NCBI GenBank assembly: GCA_963796105.1
Contig: CAWCKJ010000003.1
Location: 376,353 to 440,352 of the forward strand
From: a candidate division FCPU426 bacterium
GTDB lineage: Bacteria; Oederibacteriota; Muellerivitia; Muellerivitales; Muellerivitaceae
Length of the DNA: 64,000 bases
Reading direction: 5' to 3'
Both the position numbers and the translations under genes were made by a program. Positions 1-11,830 of this stretch are shown here, piece after piece. The notes under the pieces are model-generated. The model did not search any database. It saw only the letters and a program-made list of their open reading frames with translations, and was not told where the DNA came from. How positions within the stretch are numbered: the first letter of the stretch is position 1; each line of letters begins with the position of its first letter.

Positions 1-209
1 GCGCCGTATTGACGGGTAATTTCCCGGAATTCATGGGCCATCTTCAGGAGAACCGCGTCCTTGACGGAATAATCCCTCAGTTGCACGATATCCACGCCTC
101 CCATTAAGGCCTCTTCCACCAAACGGTAAGCGGTCCCTTCGCCGGATGAAATCCCGCCCGCGACTAGGAACAAGCGCGCTTTCGCGAGGGCCTTCGCCGG
201 ATCGCTCAT
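1..209 (-). CDS. thiE: Thiamine-phosphate synthase ThiE, N-terminal part (3'-truncated by window edge)
   Basis: Reverse-strand translation from the ATG at 209 gives MSDPAKALAKARLFLVAGGISSGEGTAYRLVEEALMGGVDIVQLRDYSVKDAVLLKMAHEFREITRQYGA, matching the ThiE N-terminal layout (GGVDxVQLR motif). An AAGGAG Shine-Dalgarno lies 7 nt upstream. It is not in the ORF track because it runs off the window without a stop. Confidence 0.55.
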   Translation of the reverse strand, partial: MSDPAKALAKARLFLVAGGISSGEGTAYRLVEEALMGGVDIVQLRDYSVKDAVLLKMAHEFREITRQYG

Positions 210-334
210 GTTGTTGCTCCTTAGTCGCCAAACTTAAAGTGATGGATGAGCGACATAACAGCTCATCGACCCTTGTGGTTTAAGTTGTTGAATGGCGGGT
301 CGGTTATTCCCGGATCAATTGTTCGGGAATTTCA

Positions 335-748
335 CTACCGCCCTTTGAGATGACGGAGGGTTTCTTGGAGGATGCTTTCCAGCTCTTTTTCCTCGGGGGT
401 CATCGGCAGGTTCAACATCCTGTTTAAGGCGAGCCGCAGGATCGGGCTTCTTCTCAAGTGCTTATTATGCGATAGGAGCTTTTCCAGGACTTTCAATTGA
501 TGAAATGTCAGCCTGACAGCCTTGGTTTTCCCCTCAATCGGGCGTGGTTGATGGAATTCCGCGGCCTTGGCGGCAGGCTCAACCGGAACTTCAACCTTTT
601 CCAATTTCGGCTCAACCGCGCTTATCTCGGCTTTTGTTTCAACAGGGTCTGTTTCCGGGGAGGGCTCGGAAGGATTTTGGCTCCGCAGGGATTGCAGTCT
701 CCTGATTTGTCTTTCTGCAAGGGTCAATGGCTTTTCTGGTTCGTTCAA
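335..748 (-). CDS. Hypothetical protein (Glu/Pro/Lys-rich N-half, basic helical C-half)
   Basis: 137-aa ORF. No recognisable family. The C-terminal LKVLEKLLSHNKHLRRSPILRLALNRML segment might bind DNA or RNA. Confidence 0.3.
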   Translation of the reverse strand: MNEPEKPLTLAERQIRRLQSLRSQNPSEPSPETDPVETKAEISAVEPKLEKVEVPVEPAAKAAEFHQPRPIEGKTKAVRLTFHQLKVLEKLLSHNKHLRRSPILRLALNRMLNLPMTPEEKELESILQETLRHLKGR

Positions 749-811
749 GTGGATCGCCTCTCTGGTTTAATGATTTTAATGTTCTAGAATTCAACCGTTA
801 GGGTCGAAACC

Positions 812-1759
812 CTATCGTTTGTTCAAAAGGACATCGGGTCGTCCGAATACAATTCCCTTCTCGATGGTCACGCGGGGCCATTTTCTCTCAATCCATGGCC
901 CGATGAAATAACAGCATAAACCTACCCCCAAACCAGCCAGGACATCAACGAAATAATGGTACCTTCCGTATATGGTCCCAAAAAACAGGGAAAGAATCAT
1001 CAAGAAGACGAAAAACCGCCATTTTTTCAAATAAGGAAAGGCCATGCAGCAAATGATGGACGCAGCGATATGGGAACTGGGAAAGGACCCTCCTGGAAAG
1101 GCGTTGTTTTCCATGGTCATTTGAAGCCAATCGGAAATCCAATAGCCCTTAAGGGATTCCCTGAGGCCCGGCATGTAAAACCGGGGGCTCTCGGCCGGGA
1201 GGAGGATAAATAAAAAATAATGCAAAAAATAGGTGAAGCACAGGGTAAACATGAATGCCCTGAAAACACTCCTGGGCGCTTTTAAATAAATCACGATGGA
1301 GGAAAGCGGCAGCAGGATGAAATAAAAACTGTAACCCATGCTGAAAATCTCGTTCATAAGCCGATAGGGGGAATAAAACTGCTGGAAATTCCAAATCGAG
1401 GGTCCGATTCGGCCCAGTTGGTAATCCCACTTGACGAGCCTCTCATCCAGCGTCCAATCGAAATAAAGGTGAATCAAATTGCCCATTTCGCGGTAGAAAT
1501 AAATGATGAGAACCAGGGGATAAACATGCCGTAAAAATTGGGTGACCGGCTCCTGGGTGTTCCGGAGGGCCCAAAGGGCGCCGATCAGAAACAGGGAAAA
1601 CAAGACATGATAGCTGATGAGCCGGCTCTTGAGCTCCGTGGATAGGTTGCCCCCCGCGATCAGGATCGAAAGGACGATTTGATAAACCAGGATCAAGGAA
1701 TCGACCGAGTTGATCCATGTTTCCTCCTGCCTGGGGTTGTGACGCGTTTTGGGGTTCAT
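812..1759 (-). CDS. PAP2-family (type 2 phosphatidic acid phosphatase superfamily) integral membrane protein
   Basis: Multiple predicted TM helices. PAP2 motif 2 appears as FPSSHIA, and motif 3 (SRxxxxxHxxxD-like) as GRYHYFVDVLAG. The start overlaps the stop of the upstream gene by ATGA, indicating translational coupling. Confidence 0.6.
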   Translation of the reverse strand: MNPKTRHNPRQEETWINSVDSLILVYQIVLSILIAGGNLSTELKSRLISYHVLFSLFLIGALWALRNTQEPVTQFLRHVYPLVLIIYFYREMGNLIHLYFDWTLDERLVKWDYQLGRIGPSIWNFQQFYSPYRLMNEIFSMGYSFYFILLPLSSIVIYLKAPRSVFRAFMFTLCFTYFLHYFLFILLPAESPRFYMPGLRESLKGYWISDWLQMTMENNAFPGGSFPSSHIAASIICCMAFPYLKKWRFFVFLMILSLFFGTIYGRYHYFVDVLAGLGVGLCCYFIGPWIERKWPRVTIEKGIVFGRPDVLLNKR

Positions 1760-4167
1760 GGTTTCAAGACCGTTTTTTGGTAAGGAAGACCCTCTTTGGC
1801 CATTTTAGAGGTATAGAGCAGCGCCTCGCCGGGGCTATGGTCGGCGTGCAGGGTCAGGCAGGAAACGCTGTAGTAAGGAACCTCATAGTCGAAGTCCCGG
1901 CTCATGCCCGCCTCAACCACCACGTCGGATTCCTCCCCGTTCAAGGATATTCGCGGATGGCAATAACGGTCCCCCTCGTTGATCAACACCAATACCACAT
2001 CCCGATTCTCGGGATCCTGGCGGGCGTAAACCGTGAGATCCCTCATTTGGGTTTGCGCCTGGACCGCCCGGCCTTTAAACTTCTCCGCGATCATTTTCAG
2101 GACCCAATAGGCGGAATGGGGCCCCTTTTCAGAGATATATTCCAGTCCATCCCTTCCCCAAAAATGAGTGAATATACCGAAGTTAAAGCCTTCCCCCGAA
2201 ATCAGCCCCATTTCATTGGCCTCCCAAAGGCCGGCCCAAATTCCCCTGGGATCGACGGCATCCTTCTGGACGCTGGTCACTCCCGCTGAGCATAAATTGC
2301 CCCCCGTGACCAGGACCGGGACATATACGTCGGTGTTTTCATAAACAACATCCCTTAACTCCCTCAGCAGGATCGGTTCCGCCCTTAAAAGCCCCCTGAG
2401 TTTTCTCAGGGAAAGATCGGCCCCATCAGTGATTCCAAACCTGTGGAGGGAAACCATATCGATAATGTCTCCGTTGTACTTTAAGAACGGCCTCAGCCAA
2501 TCCCCCTGGGAGGCGCTGTATTTAAAAGCCAACTCCGGTCCCAGCACGTAGAGGGTGGGGTCCTGGAGTTTCATGGCATTGTAATCGGCCCGGAAATCAT
2601 TGATGTAATCGTAAGCCGAGTAATTTTCATACGCCGGATTTATGCTTTTGCTTTCATACAAGTCCGGCTCATCGCCGACGGTCCAATACTTGACGTTGAG
2701 TTTTTTTTCGATATTGCAGTACCTCACCCAATCCGCCGCCTCTTCGGGAAAGCCAGCCCGGACTTGCAGGATGGGTTCGACCCCGGTGCCGCGGGCAAAA
2801 AGGACGAATTTCTCCAATGCCTGGCGTTTCTGTTCCGGGGTTCCGCCGGAAGATTCCATTCCTTCCAGCCGCAGAATTTTGATCCCCGAGGTCTTGATCC
2901 AATCGCTCATGGCCTTTGGGTTTTGATCAAGCCACTCCTGGCTAGTGGATGATAGGTTCAACCCGTAATAGGTCGGAACCGCCGCCCCTTTTTTGGGAAG
3001 CATATCCTCCGGCAGGCGTGAAAGCATGAGGGTGGCGGGTTTGCTTTTGGCGGGCCGGGGGCAGAGCGAACAGGCAAATCCGTTTTTCCTCGCGTAGATT
3101 ACGGTCAAGTCATAAAGCCGGATGCCCTCCAATTCAAAAGCGCCGTTGGAGTCCGTGACCGTTTCCTTGGTGCGTGGCCAGGTCGTCACTTTGGCGCCGG
3201 AGACGGGCTTTCCAAGGCTGTCCAAAGCGAGGCCGGTGACCTTCTTGACGCCCAGGTAAGTCGCGTCCGCGGTCCCGTCCTTGACAGACCCGGAATTGGG
3301 ATCAGCGTTTTCGCTGGCCGGAATGGAGGCCTTGGCCTGGCTGGCCCACTCCACTGCGGGCCAAAGAATCGGTTTTTCCCAGCTATCCGGGTCCCCGGTC
3401 AGGTCAAGCTGGACGCAGCGGTCCCCGTTGACCCCCCCCTCGTTCAGGACCAGGTTAATGGCCGATTTCTTGCCGGGTCCCAATTTCATGCCCTCAAAAA
3501 AAGCCCAGGGGATTCCCGCCTCCAGGATATAACCCGATTTGGTCAAACGGGAGATGACCCGCCCCCCGGCGATCTCCTTATCCAGGTTCAGGCAGTAAAT
3601 CCTCGGATTTTTGCAGTCCGTTCCCGGGGAAATGGCGATCCGAAAGTCGCCGCGGGATAGTTTTTGCCTGTCCTGGACGCCCGCGTCCGTCGAGATGTAA
3701 AACTCCAGGCAATCCCCGTTCCAGAGGGAAAGCCCGCTTCCCTGGTTGACGACATGGATGGTCGTGGAGGCGGTCGGGGACACGGCTTGTCCGGGGTAGG
3801 CGTCCTCCAAAGGCAAATATGGGTTTCCCCCCGGTTTTTGGACGATAGCGGCGATGTAGAGAAATTGTTCGTTGTAAGTCAAAAAGACCCTGCCGCTGAA
3901 ATCATCCTCCCCCTTCCAAAAGGCTTTTCCCTCGGTGACTTGGGACCGTTGGTCCAAGAGGACCATCCTGGCGTTGGGCCACTCGATGAGATGTCCGTCC
4001 ACCCGGATGGGAAGCGGGGTTCCATCGATGGTCAGGGGTGTGGGCTGGGGGGTCTGGGCTCGAATGGGCCCGCAGAGAAAGAGGAAAAACAATGAGAAGG
4101 CAAATCCCCGCAAGACTGGAATCGCGGTTCGGAGGGAGTTTAGGGAGAAGTCGGTCATAAATTTCAT
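1756..4167 (-). CDS. Secreted multidomain glycoside-hydrolase-like protein (signal peptide, CBM9/DOMON-like domain, carboxypeptidase-regulatory-like beta-sandwich, TIM-barrel GH-like C-terminal region)
   Basis: 803 aa with an N-terminal signal peptide (FLFLCGPIRAQTP). A DGHLIEWPNAR...FLYIAAIV block resembles CBM9-like domains. DSNGAFELEGI resembles a CarbopepD_reg motif. The C-terminal W-T-V-G-D-E-P-D block resembles the WxxGNEP acid/base motif of clan GH-A hydrolases. Confidence 0.5.
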   Translation of the reverse strand: MKFMTDFSLNSLRTAIPVLRGFAFSLFFLFLCGPIRAQTPQPTPLTIDGTPLPIRVDGHLIEWPNARMVLLDQRSQVTEGKAFWKGEDDFSGRVFLTYNEQFLYIAAIVQKPGGNPYLPLEDAYPGQAVSPTASTTIHVVNQGSGLSLWNGDCLEFYISTDAGVQDRQKLSRGDFRIAISPGTDCKNPRIYCLNLDKEIAGGRVISRLTKSGYILEAGIPWAFFEGMKLGPGKKSAINLVLNEGGVNGDRCVQLDLTGDPDSWEKPILWPAVEWASQAKASIPASENADPNSGSVKDGTADATYLGVKKVTGLALDSLGKPVSGAKVTTWPRTKETVTDSNGAFELEGIRLYDLTVIYARKNGFACSLCPRPAKSKPATLMLSRLPEDMLPKKGAAVPTYYGLNLSSTSQEWLDQNPKAMSDWIKTSGIKILRLEGMESSGGTPEQKRQALEKFVLFARGTGVEPILQVRAGFPEEAADWVRYCNIEKKLNVKYWTVGDEPDLYESKSINPAYENYSAYDYINDFRADYNAMKLQDPTLYVLGPELAFKYSASQGDWLRPFLKYNGDIIDMVSLHRFGITDGADLSLRKLRGLLRAEPILLRELRDVVYENTDVYVPVLVTGGNLCSAGVTSVQKDAVDPRGIWAGLWEANEMGLISGEGFNFGIFTHFWGRDGLEYISEKGPHSAYWVLKMIAEKFKGRAVQAQTQMRDLTVYARQDPENRDVVLVLINEGDRYCHPRISLNGEESDVVVEAGMSRDFDYEVPYYSVSCLTLHADHSPGEALLYTSKMAKEGLPYQKTVLKP

Positions 4168-4238
4168 TCTTTTAAGACGTCATCGCGGTTGGCTACGTGT
4201 TGCTGGAAATTTTCAAGTTCAGAATGCCCCCATGGGGT

Positions 4239-5720
4239 TCAAGCCCTTGAGGATTTGACGGTTTGCTTTTCGCTTTCAAAGGGGCTTGGCAGGCTCGTCT
4301 CGCCCATCAGCCACAAGTCGACCCCCCTGGCCGCCGCTCTTCCCTCCGCGATGGCCCAGACGATCAGGGATTGTCCCCGGGTCATGTCTCCCGCCGTGAA
4401 AATTCCCGGCACGTTGGTCATCTTGTTGGCGTCCCCCTTCACGTTGGTTCGCTGGTCCTGCTCCACCCCCAGCTTGGCGAACAGGGGGTTCTTTTCGGGG
4501 CCCAGGAATCCCATGGCCAGGAAAACCAGGTCCGCGTCGATGGAGAACTCGCTTCCGGCGATCTCCTGCATCTTCGGGGGGCCAGAGGGCTGGGAAACCC
4601 AGTTCAGCTTGACCGCGTGGAGCTTTTTCACCATTCCGTTCTCACCCGTGAGTTTCTTGGTCAGGACGCTGTAGATACGCTCCCCGCCCTCCTCGTGGGC
4701 CGGGGCCGTGCGGAATACGCGCGCCCATTGGGGCCAGGGGTTGTCGGAAGGCCTCTGGTCGGGGGGCTGGGGCAGAAGCTCGAAGGAGGTGACGCTCTTG
4801 GCGCCCTGGCGGTGCGCCGTCCCGATGCAGTCCGCCCCCGTGTCCCCGCCTCCCAGGATGACCACATTCTTGTCCTTGGCCGAGATCTGGTTCTCCACCT
4901 TGTCGCCCTCGACCACCCGGTTGGACTGGGTGAGGTACTCCATGGCGAAATGGACGCCCTTTAATTCCCGCCCCGGCACCTCCAGGTTGCGGGGCTGGGT
5001 CGCTCCGCAGGAGAGCACGATGGCGTCGAAATTCTTCCGCAGGTCCTCGATGGGGACGCTCACTCCGATATTCGCGTTCACCTTGAACTCCACGCCTTCC
5101 GCCTTCATCTGCTCGATTCGAAGGTTCAAGTGGCGCTTTTCCATCTTGAATTCCGGGATGCCGTACCTCAAGAGGCCCCCGATCCGGTCGTCCCTCTCGA
5201 AAAGAGTGACCTTGTGGCCCACGCGGGCCAACTGCTGGGCGCAGGCCAGGCCGGCGGGCCCGGAGCCAACGACCGCCACTTTCTTGCCGGTGAGCTTCTT
5301 GGGGGGAAGGGGCTTGATGTTCCCCTCGTCCCAGGCCCGGTCGATGATGGAAAGCTCGATCTGCTTGATGGTGACTGGCTGTTGGTAGACATCCATGGCC
5401 AGGGTGCAGGAATTCTCGCAGGGGGCCGGGCAAAGCCTGCCGGTGAAGTCAGGGAAATTATTGGTGGCGTGGAGCCGGTCGATGGCTTCCCTCCAGCGGT
5501 CGCGGTAAACCAGGTCGTTCCAGTCGGGAATGATGTTCCCCAGGGGGCATCCCTGGTGGCAGTAAGGTACCCCGCAGTCCATGCAGCGGGCGGCCTGGGT
5601 TTTCAGGCTCGAGGGTTCCGGGGCGAGCATGTACTCTTTCCAGTCCCTCACCCTCTCGGCGACGGGCCTCTTGTGGGGCAGGTCCCGTCCCGCTTCCATG
5701 AATCCAGTTGGTTTACCCAT
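4239..5720 (-). CDS. gltD: Glutamate synthase (NADPH) small subunit
   Basis: 493 aa. N-terminal Cys cluster CMDCGVPYCHQGCPLGNIIPDWN...CPAPCENSC. Two dinucleotide-binding folds (VAVVGSGPAGLACA, VVILGGGDTGADC). Located immediately downstream of gltB. Confidence 0.92.
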   Translation of the reverse strand: MGKPTGFMEAGRDLPHKRPVAERVRDWKEYMLAPEPSSLKTQAARCMDCGVPYCHQGCPLGNIIPDWNDLVYRDRWREAIDRLHATNNFPDFTGRLCPAPCENSCTLAMDVYQQPVTIKQIELSIIDRAWDEGNIKPLPPKKLTGKKVAVVGSGPAGLACAQQLARVGHKVTLFERDDRIGGLLRYGIPEFKMEKRHLNLRIEQMKAEGVEFKVNANIGVSVPIEDLRKNFDAIVLSCGATQPRNLEVPGRELKGVHFAMEYLTQSNRVVEGDKVENQISAKDKNVVILGGGDTGADCIGTAHRQGAKSVTSFELLPQPPDQRPSDNPWPQWARVFRTAPAHEEGGERIYSVLTKKLTGENGMVKKLHAVKLNWVSQPSGPPKMQEIAGSEFSIDADLVFLAMGFLGPEKNPLFAKLGVEQDQRTNVKGDANKMTNVPGIFTAGDMTRGQSLIVWAIAEGRAAARGVDLWLMGETSLPSPFESEKQTVKSSRA

Positions 5721-5787
5721 ATATCCTCATTAAGAATCTTGTGTGGCCGTGAACTTAAAATTCTAAATTTAAAATTCAAAATTTCCG

Positions 5788-8700
5788 TTAGGCTACCGCC
5801 ACTGGCTTGGAAGCCGCTTCCTTTTGCGCCTGAAGGGCCTTCTTGTAGTCGATCGGCATGACCTTGACGAACTGCCCGGAAGTCTTGGCCCAGTTCTTGA
5901 GGATTCCCTCGGCGACAGTGCTCCCGGTGTATTCCTGGTGCTTGCGGATCATGTCCTGGATGAGCTTCAAATTCTCCTCGTCCGGGCGCTCCAGCTCCAC
6001 CATTTCCTTGTTGCAGTGGATATCGAAATCCCCGCTCCTGTTCCAGACGTAGGCGACCCCGCCCGACATGCCGGCCGCGAAATTGCGGCCCGTGTCGCCG
6101 ATCACCACCACCCGCCCGCCGGTCATGTACTCGCATCCGTGGTCCCCCACGCCCTCCACGACCGCGTGGACGCCCGAATTCCTCACGCCGAAGCGCTCCC
6201 CGGCCTTCCCACGGATATAGCCTTCCCCGCTGGTGGCCCCGTAAAAGAGCACGTTGCCCACCAGGATGTTCTCTTCCGGCACGAAGGTGGCCTCTTTGGG
6301 CGGATACACGATGATCTTGCCCCCGCACAAACCCTTGCCCAGGTAGTCGTTGGCGTCCCCTTCCAGCCTGAGGGTCATCCCCTTGGGCACGAAAGCCCCG
6401 AAGCTTTGTCCCGCCGAGCCCTTGAAGGTGATCTGGATGGTGTCGTCCGGCAGGCCCTTGGAGCCGTGCTTGCGGGAGATCTCGGCCCCCAGCATCGTTC
6501 CCACCGTGCGGTTGATGTTGCGGATGGGCACCTCGAACTTCACGGGCTTCTTCTCCTCCAGCGCCCCCTTGCAGCGCTCGATCAGAACCTCGTTGTCCAG
6601 GGCCTTGTCCAGCCCATGGTCCTGTTTTTGCACGCAATAGACGGGCCCCAAATTGGATTCCTCCGGCTTGTAAAAGATGGCGGAGAAGTCGAGCCCCTTG
6701 GATTTCCAATGGGCGATGGCCTCGTTCATTTCCAGCATCTCAGAATGGCCGACCATCTCGTTAATGGTCTTGAAGCCGAGTTCCGCCATGATCTCGCGGA
6801 TTTCCTCCGCCACGAACATCATGAAATTCACGACGTACTCGGGCTTGCCGGTGAATTTCTTCCTCAGCTCCGGGTTTTGCGTGGCGATCCCCACGGGACA
6901 GGTGTCCATGTGGCACACCCTCATCATGACGCATCCCTGGGACACCAGGGCCGCGGTCGCGAACCCGTACTCCTCGGCCCCCAGCAGGCAGGCCACAACG
7001 ACGTCCCGACCCGTCTTCATCTGTCCGTCGGTCTGCACCGTGATGCGGTCCCTCAGGCGGTTTTTCACGAGGATCTGGTGGGTCTCGGCCAGCCCCAGCT
7101 CCCAGGGGATGCCGGCGTGCTTGATGGAGGAAAGGGGCGAGGCCCCCGTGCCGCCGTCGTAACCGCTGATGAGCACGTGGTCCGCGTGGGCCTTGCAGAC
7201 GCCCGCCGCGACGGTTCCCACCCCGACTTCGGCTACCAGCTTCACCGAGATGCGGGCGTATTGGTTGGCGTTCTTGAGGTCGTGGATGAGCTGGGCCAGG
7301 TCCTCGATGGAGTAGATGTCATGGTGGGGCGGGGGCGAGATGAGCCCCACGAAGGGAGTGGAAAACCTCGTCTTGGCGATCCAGGGATAGACTTTCCGGC
7401 CCGGAAGCTGGCCTCCCTCCCCCGGCTTGGCGCCCTGGGCCATCTTGATCTGCAGTTCCTTGGCGTTGACCAGGTAATGGCTGGTCACCCCGAAGCGCCC
7501 CGAGGCCACCTGCTTGATGGCGGAGTTGCGGGAGTCCCCGTTGGGTTCCTTGATATACCTGGCCTCGTCCTCGCCGCCCTCGCCGGTATTGGACTTTCCG
7601 CCCAGGCGGTTCATGGCGATCGACAAATTCTGGTGGGCTTCCTGGCTGATGGAGCCGTAGGACATGGCCCCCGTTGCGAAACGCCTCACGATTTCCTTGG
7701 CCGGCTCCACCTGGTCCAGGGGGATGGGGTTTCCCTTCTTGAACTTGAACAGTCCCCTCAGGGTGCAAAGGGCCGTGGTCTGGTCGTTGACGTCCCTGGA
7801 GTATTCCTTGAATTTCTTGAAATCGCCTGTCCGGACCGCCTGCTGGAGCTTTTGGACCGTGTCGGGGTTGAAGAGGTGCTTTTCCCCGTCCCTGCGCCAT
7901 TGGTAGCGCCCTCCCCAATCGAGATCCAGCTCCCGGTCCGGCCTTTCCGGGAAGGCTCCCCTGTGCCTCTGTTCCATCTCGGCGGCCACCTCGGCCAATC
8001 CTATGCCCTGGATGCGGGAGGGGGTCCAGGTGAAATACTTGTCCACGAACTCCTTGTTCAAGCCGATGGCCTCGAAGATCTGGGCGCCCCTGTAGCTTTG
8101 GATGGTGGAAATGCCCATCTTGGACATGACCTTGACGATGCCCTTGTTGGCGGCCTTGATGTACTTCTTGACGGCGGTCTTGTGGTCCGTGTCGGGCGGG
8201 AGGATTTTCCGGCGGATCATGTCATCAAGGGTCTCGAAAGCCAGGTAGGGGTTCACCGCGTTGGCGCCGTATCCCACCAGCAGGGCGAAATGGTGCACTT
8301 CCCTGGGCTCTCCCGTCTCCAGGATCAGGCCCGCCTTGGTGCGCTCCCCCTTCTTGATCAGGTGGTGATGCACGCCGGCGGTCGCAAGCAGGCTGGGTAT
8401 GGGGGCCAGGTCATGGTTCATTCCCCGGTCCGTCAGGATGATGATTTGAAAGCCTTCCTTTACCCCCTGGCTGGCCTTTTCGCAGACGCCTTCCATGGCC
8501 TTGGCCAGTCCCGCGCCCCCCTCGGATACCTTGAAGAGGATGGGAATAGTGAGTGCCTTGTAACCCCTGTGGGAAAGATGGGTGAACTTGGCCAGTTCGT
8601 CGTTATCCAGCACGGGGCTTTGAAGCTCGATCTGCCCGCAGCTTTGGGGGGTGGGCTTCAAAAGGTTGCCCTCGGGACCCAGGGTGGTGTTGACCGACGT

Positions 8701-10317
8701 CACCAATTGCTCGCGGATGGCGTCCAGGGGCGGGTTGGTGACCTGGGCGAAAAGCTGCTTGAAATACTGGAACAGGGGCTGGGGGTGGTTGGACAGCACC
8801 GCCAGGGGCGTGTCCTCCCCCATGGAGCCGATGGGCTCCTCGCCGTTCGTGGCCATGGGGGCCATCAGGAAGCGGATGTCCTCGTGGGTGTAGCCGAAAG
8901 CCCTCTGGCGCCTCAGGACCGTGTCATGGTCCGGCTCCGGCACGTGCGGGGCCGCGGGCAGCTGCTCCAGGGGAATCAGGTTTTCCTTGAGCCAGTCCCC
9001 GTAAGGGTGGGCCTTGGAGATTTTTTCCTTCAATTCCAGGTCGTCGATGATCCTGCCCTCGCCCAGGTCGATGAGGAACATCTTGCCCGGTTCCAGCCTT
9101 CCCTTCTTGAGGATGCGCTTGGGATCGACTTCCAGGACCCCGACTTCGGAAGCCATGATGACCAGGTCGTCCTTGGTCACGTAATAACGCGACGGCCGGA
9201 GGCCGTTCCGGTCCAGGACGGCGCCGATGACCCTGCCGTCGGTGAAGGCGATGGAGGCCGGGCCGTCCCAGGGCTCCATCAGGCAGGAATGGTAGTGGTA
9301 GAAATCCTTCTTGTACTGGGGCATGGTGGCGTGGCCGCTCCAGGCCTCGGGGATGAGCATCATCATGGCGTGGGGCAGGCTTCTTCCGGCCAAAAGCAGG
9401 ATTTCCAGGGCGTTGTCGAAAGTGGCGGAGTCCGACTGGCCTTCCCTGACGATGGGGAGCAGGCGCTTGATCTCCTCCTTCGTATAGTAATCGCTCTCGA
9501 ACAGGGCCTCCCTGGCGTGCATCCAGTTGATGTTCCCCCTGAGGGTGTTGATTTCCCCGTTGTGGGCGATATAGCGGTAGGGGTGGGCGAGGTCCCAGGA
9601 GGGGAAGGTGTTGGTGGAGAAACGGGAATGGATCAAGGCCAGGGCCGAGTCCATGTCGTGGTCGCGTAAATCGGGGAAATAGGAGGCTTCCTGGCTGGGC
9701 GTCAGCATGCCCTTGTAAACCACCGTCCTGCAGGAGAGGCTGGCCACGTAAAAGAGCTTTTTTTCCTTGATCCCGGCCGTATTGACGGCGTTTTCGACCC
9801 TCTTTCGGATCAGGAAAAGCTTGCGCTCGAAGGAATCCTCGTCCTTGAGGGAGTGGGACCTTCCGATGAAGATCTGCTTCATGACCGGCTCGCAAGCCCT
9901 GGCGCTGGGGCCGACGTCCGAGTTCTCCGTGGGAACCAAACGCCAGCCCAGTAGTTCCTGTCCTTCTTCCTTAATGGTACGGCTGAAGATATCCTCGCAA
10001 GTCCTGGCCTCGTCCGGGTCCCGCGGCAGGAAAACCATTCCGACCCCGTAATGGCCCTCGGCGGGAAGCTTGATGTCCCATTTGGATGCGTTTTTCCGGA
10101 AAAACCTGTCGGAGACCTGGATCAAAACGCCCGCGCCGTCGCCCGTGTTGCTCTCGCATCCGCAGGCGCCCCTATGGGCGAGGTTGAGGAGGATTTCCAC
10201 GCCCTTTTCCACGATCTCATGGGACTTTTTGTTCTTGATGTTCACGACGAAGCCCACGCCGCAGGAATCCTTGCCGGCGTCGAAGGGATGGAGAAGATTT
10301 TCAGGTTGGTTTGACAT
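5788..10317 (-). CDS. gltB: Glutamate synthase large subunit (Ntn amidotransferase, FMN/3Fe-4S and GXGXG domains)
   Basis: 1509 aa. Propeptide plus catalytic Cys ([10 protein letters not shown]). Central FMN-binding region. C-terminal GXGXG beta-helix region ([18 protein letters not shown]). Full-length colinearity with GltB/GOGAT. Confidence 0.95.
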   Translation of the reverse strand: MSNQPENLLHPFDAGKDSCGVGFVVNIKNKKSHEIVEKGVEILLNLAHRGACGCESNTGDGAGVLIQVSDRFFRKNASKWDIKLPAEGHYGVGMVFLPRDPDEARTCEDIFSRTIKEEGQELLGWRLVPTENSDVGPSARACEPVMKQIFIGRSHSLKDEDSFERKLFLIRKRVENAVNTAGIKEKKLFYVASLSCRTVVYKGMLTPSQEASYFPDLRDHDMDSALALIHSRFSTNTFPSWDLAHPYRYIAHNGEINTLRGNINWMHAREALFESDYYTKEEIKRLLPIVREGQSDSATFDNALEILLLAGRSLPHAMMMLIPEAWSGHATMPQYKKDFYHYHSCLMEPWDGPASIAFTDGRVIGAVLDRNGLRPSRYYVTKDDLVIMASEVGVLEVDPKRILKKGRLEPGKMFLIDLGEGRIIDDLELKEKISKAHPYGDWLKENLIPLEQLPAAPHVPEPDHDTVLRRQRAFGYTHEDIRFLMAPMATNGEEPIGSMGEDTPLAVLSNHPQPLFQYFKQLFAQVTNPPLDAIREQLVTSVNTTLGPEGNLLKPTPQSCGQIELQSPVLDNDELAKFTHLSHRGYKALTIPILFKVSEGGAGLAKAMEGVCEKASQGVKEGFQIIILTDRGMNHDLAPIPSLLATAGVHHHLIKKGERTKAGLILETGEPREVHHFALLVGYGANAVNPYLAFETLDDMIRRKILPPDTDHKTAVKKYIKAANKGIVKVMSKMGISTIQSYRGAQIFEAIGLNKEFVDKYFTWTPSRIQGIGLAEVAAEMEQRHRGAFPERPDRELDLDWGGRYQWRRDGEKHLFNPDTVQKLQQAVRTGDFKKFKEYSRDVNDQTTALCTLRGLFKFKKGNPIPLDQVEPAKEIVRRFATGAMSYGSISQEAHQNLSIAMNRLGGKSNTGEGGEDEARYIKEPNGDSRNSAIKQVASGRFGVTSHYLVNAKELQIKMAQGAKPGEGGQLPGRKVYPWIAKTRFSTPFVGLISPPPHHDIYSIEDLAQLIHDLKNANQYARISVKLVAEVGVGTVAAGVCKAHADHVLISGYDGGTGASPLSSIKHAGIPWELGLAETHQILVKNRLRDRITVQTDGQMKTGRDVVVACLLGAEEYGFATAALVSQGCVMMRVCHMDTCPVGIATQNPELRKKFTGKPEYVVNFMMFVAEEIREIMAELGFKTINEMVGHSEMLEMNEAIAHWKSKGLDFSAIFYKPEESNLGPVYCVQKQDHGLDKALDNEVLIERCKGALEEKKPVKFEVPIRNINRTVGTMLGAEISRKHGSKGLPDDTIQITFKGSAGQSFGAFVPKGMTLRLEGDANDYLGKGLCGGKIIVYPPKEATFVPEENILVGNVLFYGATSGEGYIRGKAGERFGVRNSGVHAVVEGVGDHGCEYMTGGRVVVIGDTGRNFAAGMSGGVAYVWNRSGDFDIHCNKEMVELERPDEENLKLIQDMIRKHQEYTGSTVAEGILKNWAKTSGQFVKVMPIDYKKALQAQKEAASKPVAVA

Positions 10318-10351
10318 GCGTCACTCCCCGTTAATAGGGTTATATGGAGTT

Positions 10352-10382
10352 AAAAAAAGCGGCCACTCGAAGGGCGCCGCTG
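10352..10382 (-). terminator. Rho-independent terminator-like hairpin (GC stem AGCGGC..GCCGCU followed by U7 on minus-strand RNA), 35 nt upstream of the gltB start
   Basis: The plus strand reads aaaaaaagcggccactcgaagggcgccgct. Its reverse complement forms a GC-rich stem followed by a U-run. Confidence 0.45.
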
Positions 10383-10466
10383 ATCTAAAGCATAAATTTT
10401 AAGTGGTTTAAATTACAATAGAATCAACGCATTTTCAAGGAAAGTCAGATAAACCGTAATTCACCC

Positions 10467-10633
10467 CAGGGACACAGAGACCCGGCCAAAAACACCAATT
10501 TATAATCGATTTTCCCTGCTGAGCTTGATTGAAAGAAAGAAGAATAATTAGTTTTTTATAATCATTGGTTCTTCAAATGAATTTGTTTGATTATGCGTAA
10601 TGATTTGGTTTTCTCTGGGTCTCTGTGTCCCTG
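10467..10633. repeat. Perfect 17-bp inverted repeat pair (cagggacacagagaccc / gggtctctgtgtccctg) flanking a 133-bp AT-rich spacer; MITE-like or large regulatory hairpin
   Basis: Arms at 10467-10483 and 10617-10633 are exact reverse complements. Flanks extend the match to about 20 bp with 1 mismatch. The element lies in the tgt-gltB intergenic region. Confidence 0.5.
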
Positions 10634-10649
10634 TGGTAAAAGTCGGGTT

Positions 10650-11801
<1,152 letters not shown>

Positions 11802-11830
11802 TCAAATCAAATAACTTAAGAAGGAACGCA

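Noticed and set aside
1717-2289. 190-aa plus-strand ORF
   Set aside because: It is antisense to the well-supported 803-aa secreted hydrolase gene and has no homology signal, so it is a shadow ORF.
5824-9669. 1281-aa ORF on the plus strand, with further long Arg/Gly/Pro-rich ORFs at 4263..4964, 4642..5433, 5130..5861 and 5648..6709
   Set aside because: They lie antisense or out of frame to gltB and gltD, whose homology is unambiguous. They are shadow ORFs typical of high-GC DNA with low-complexity translations.
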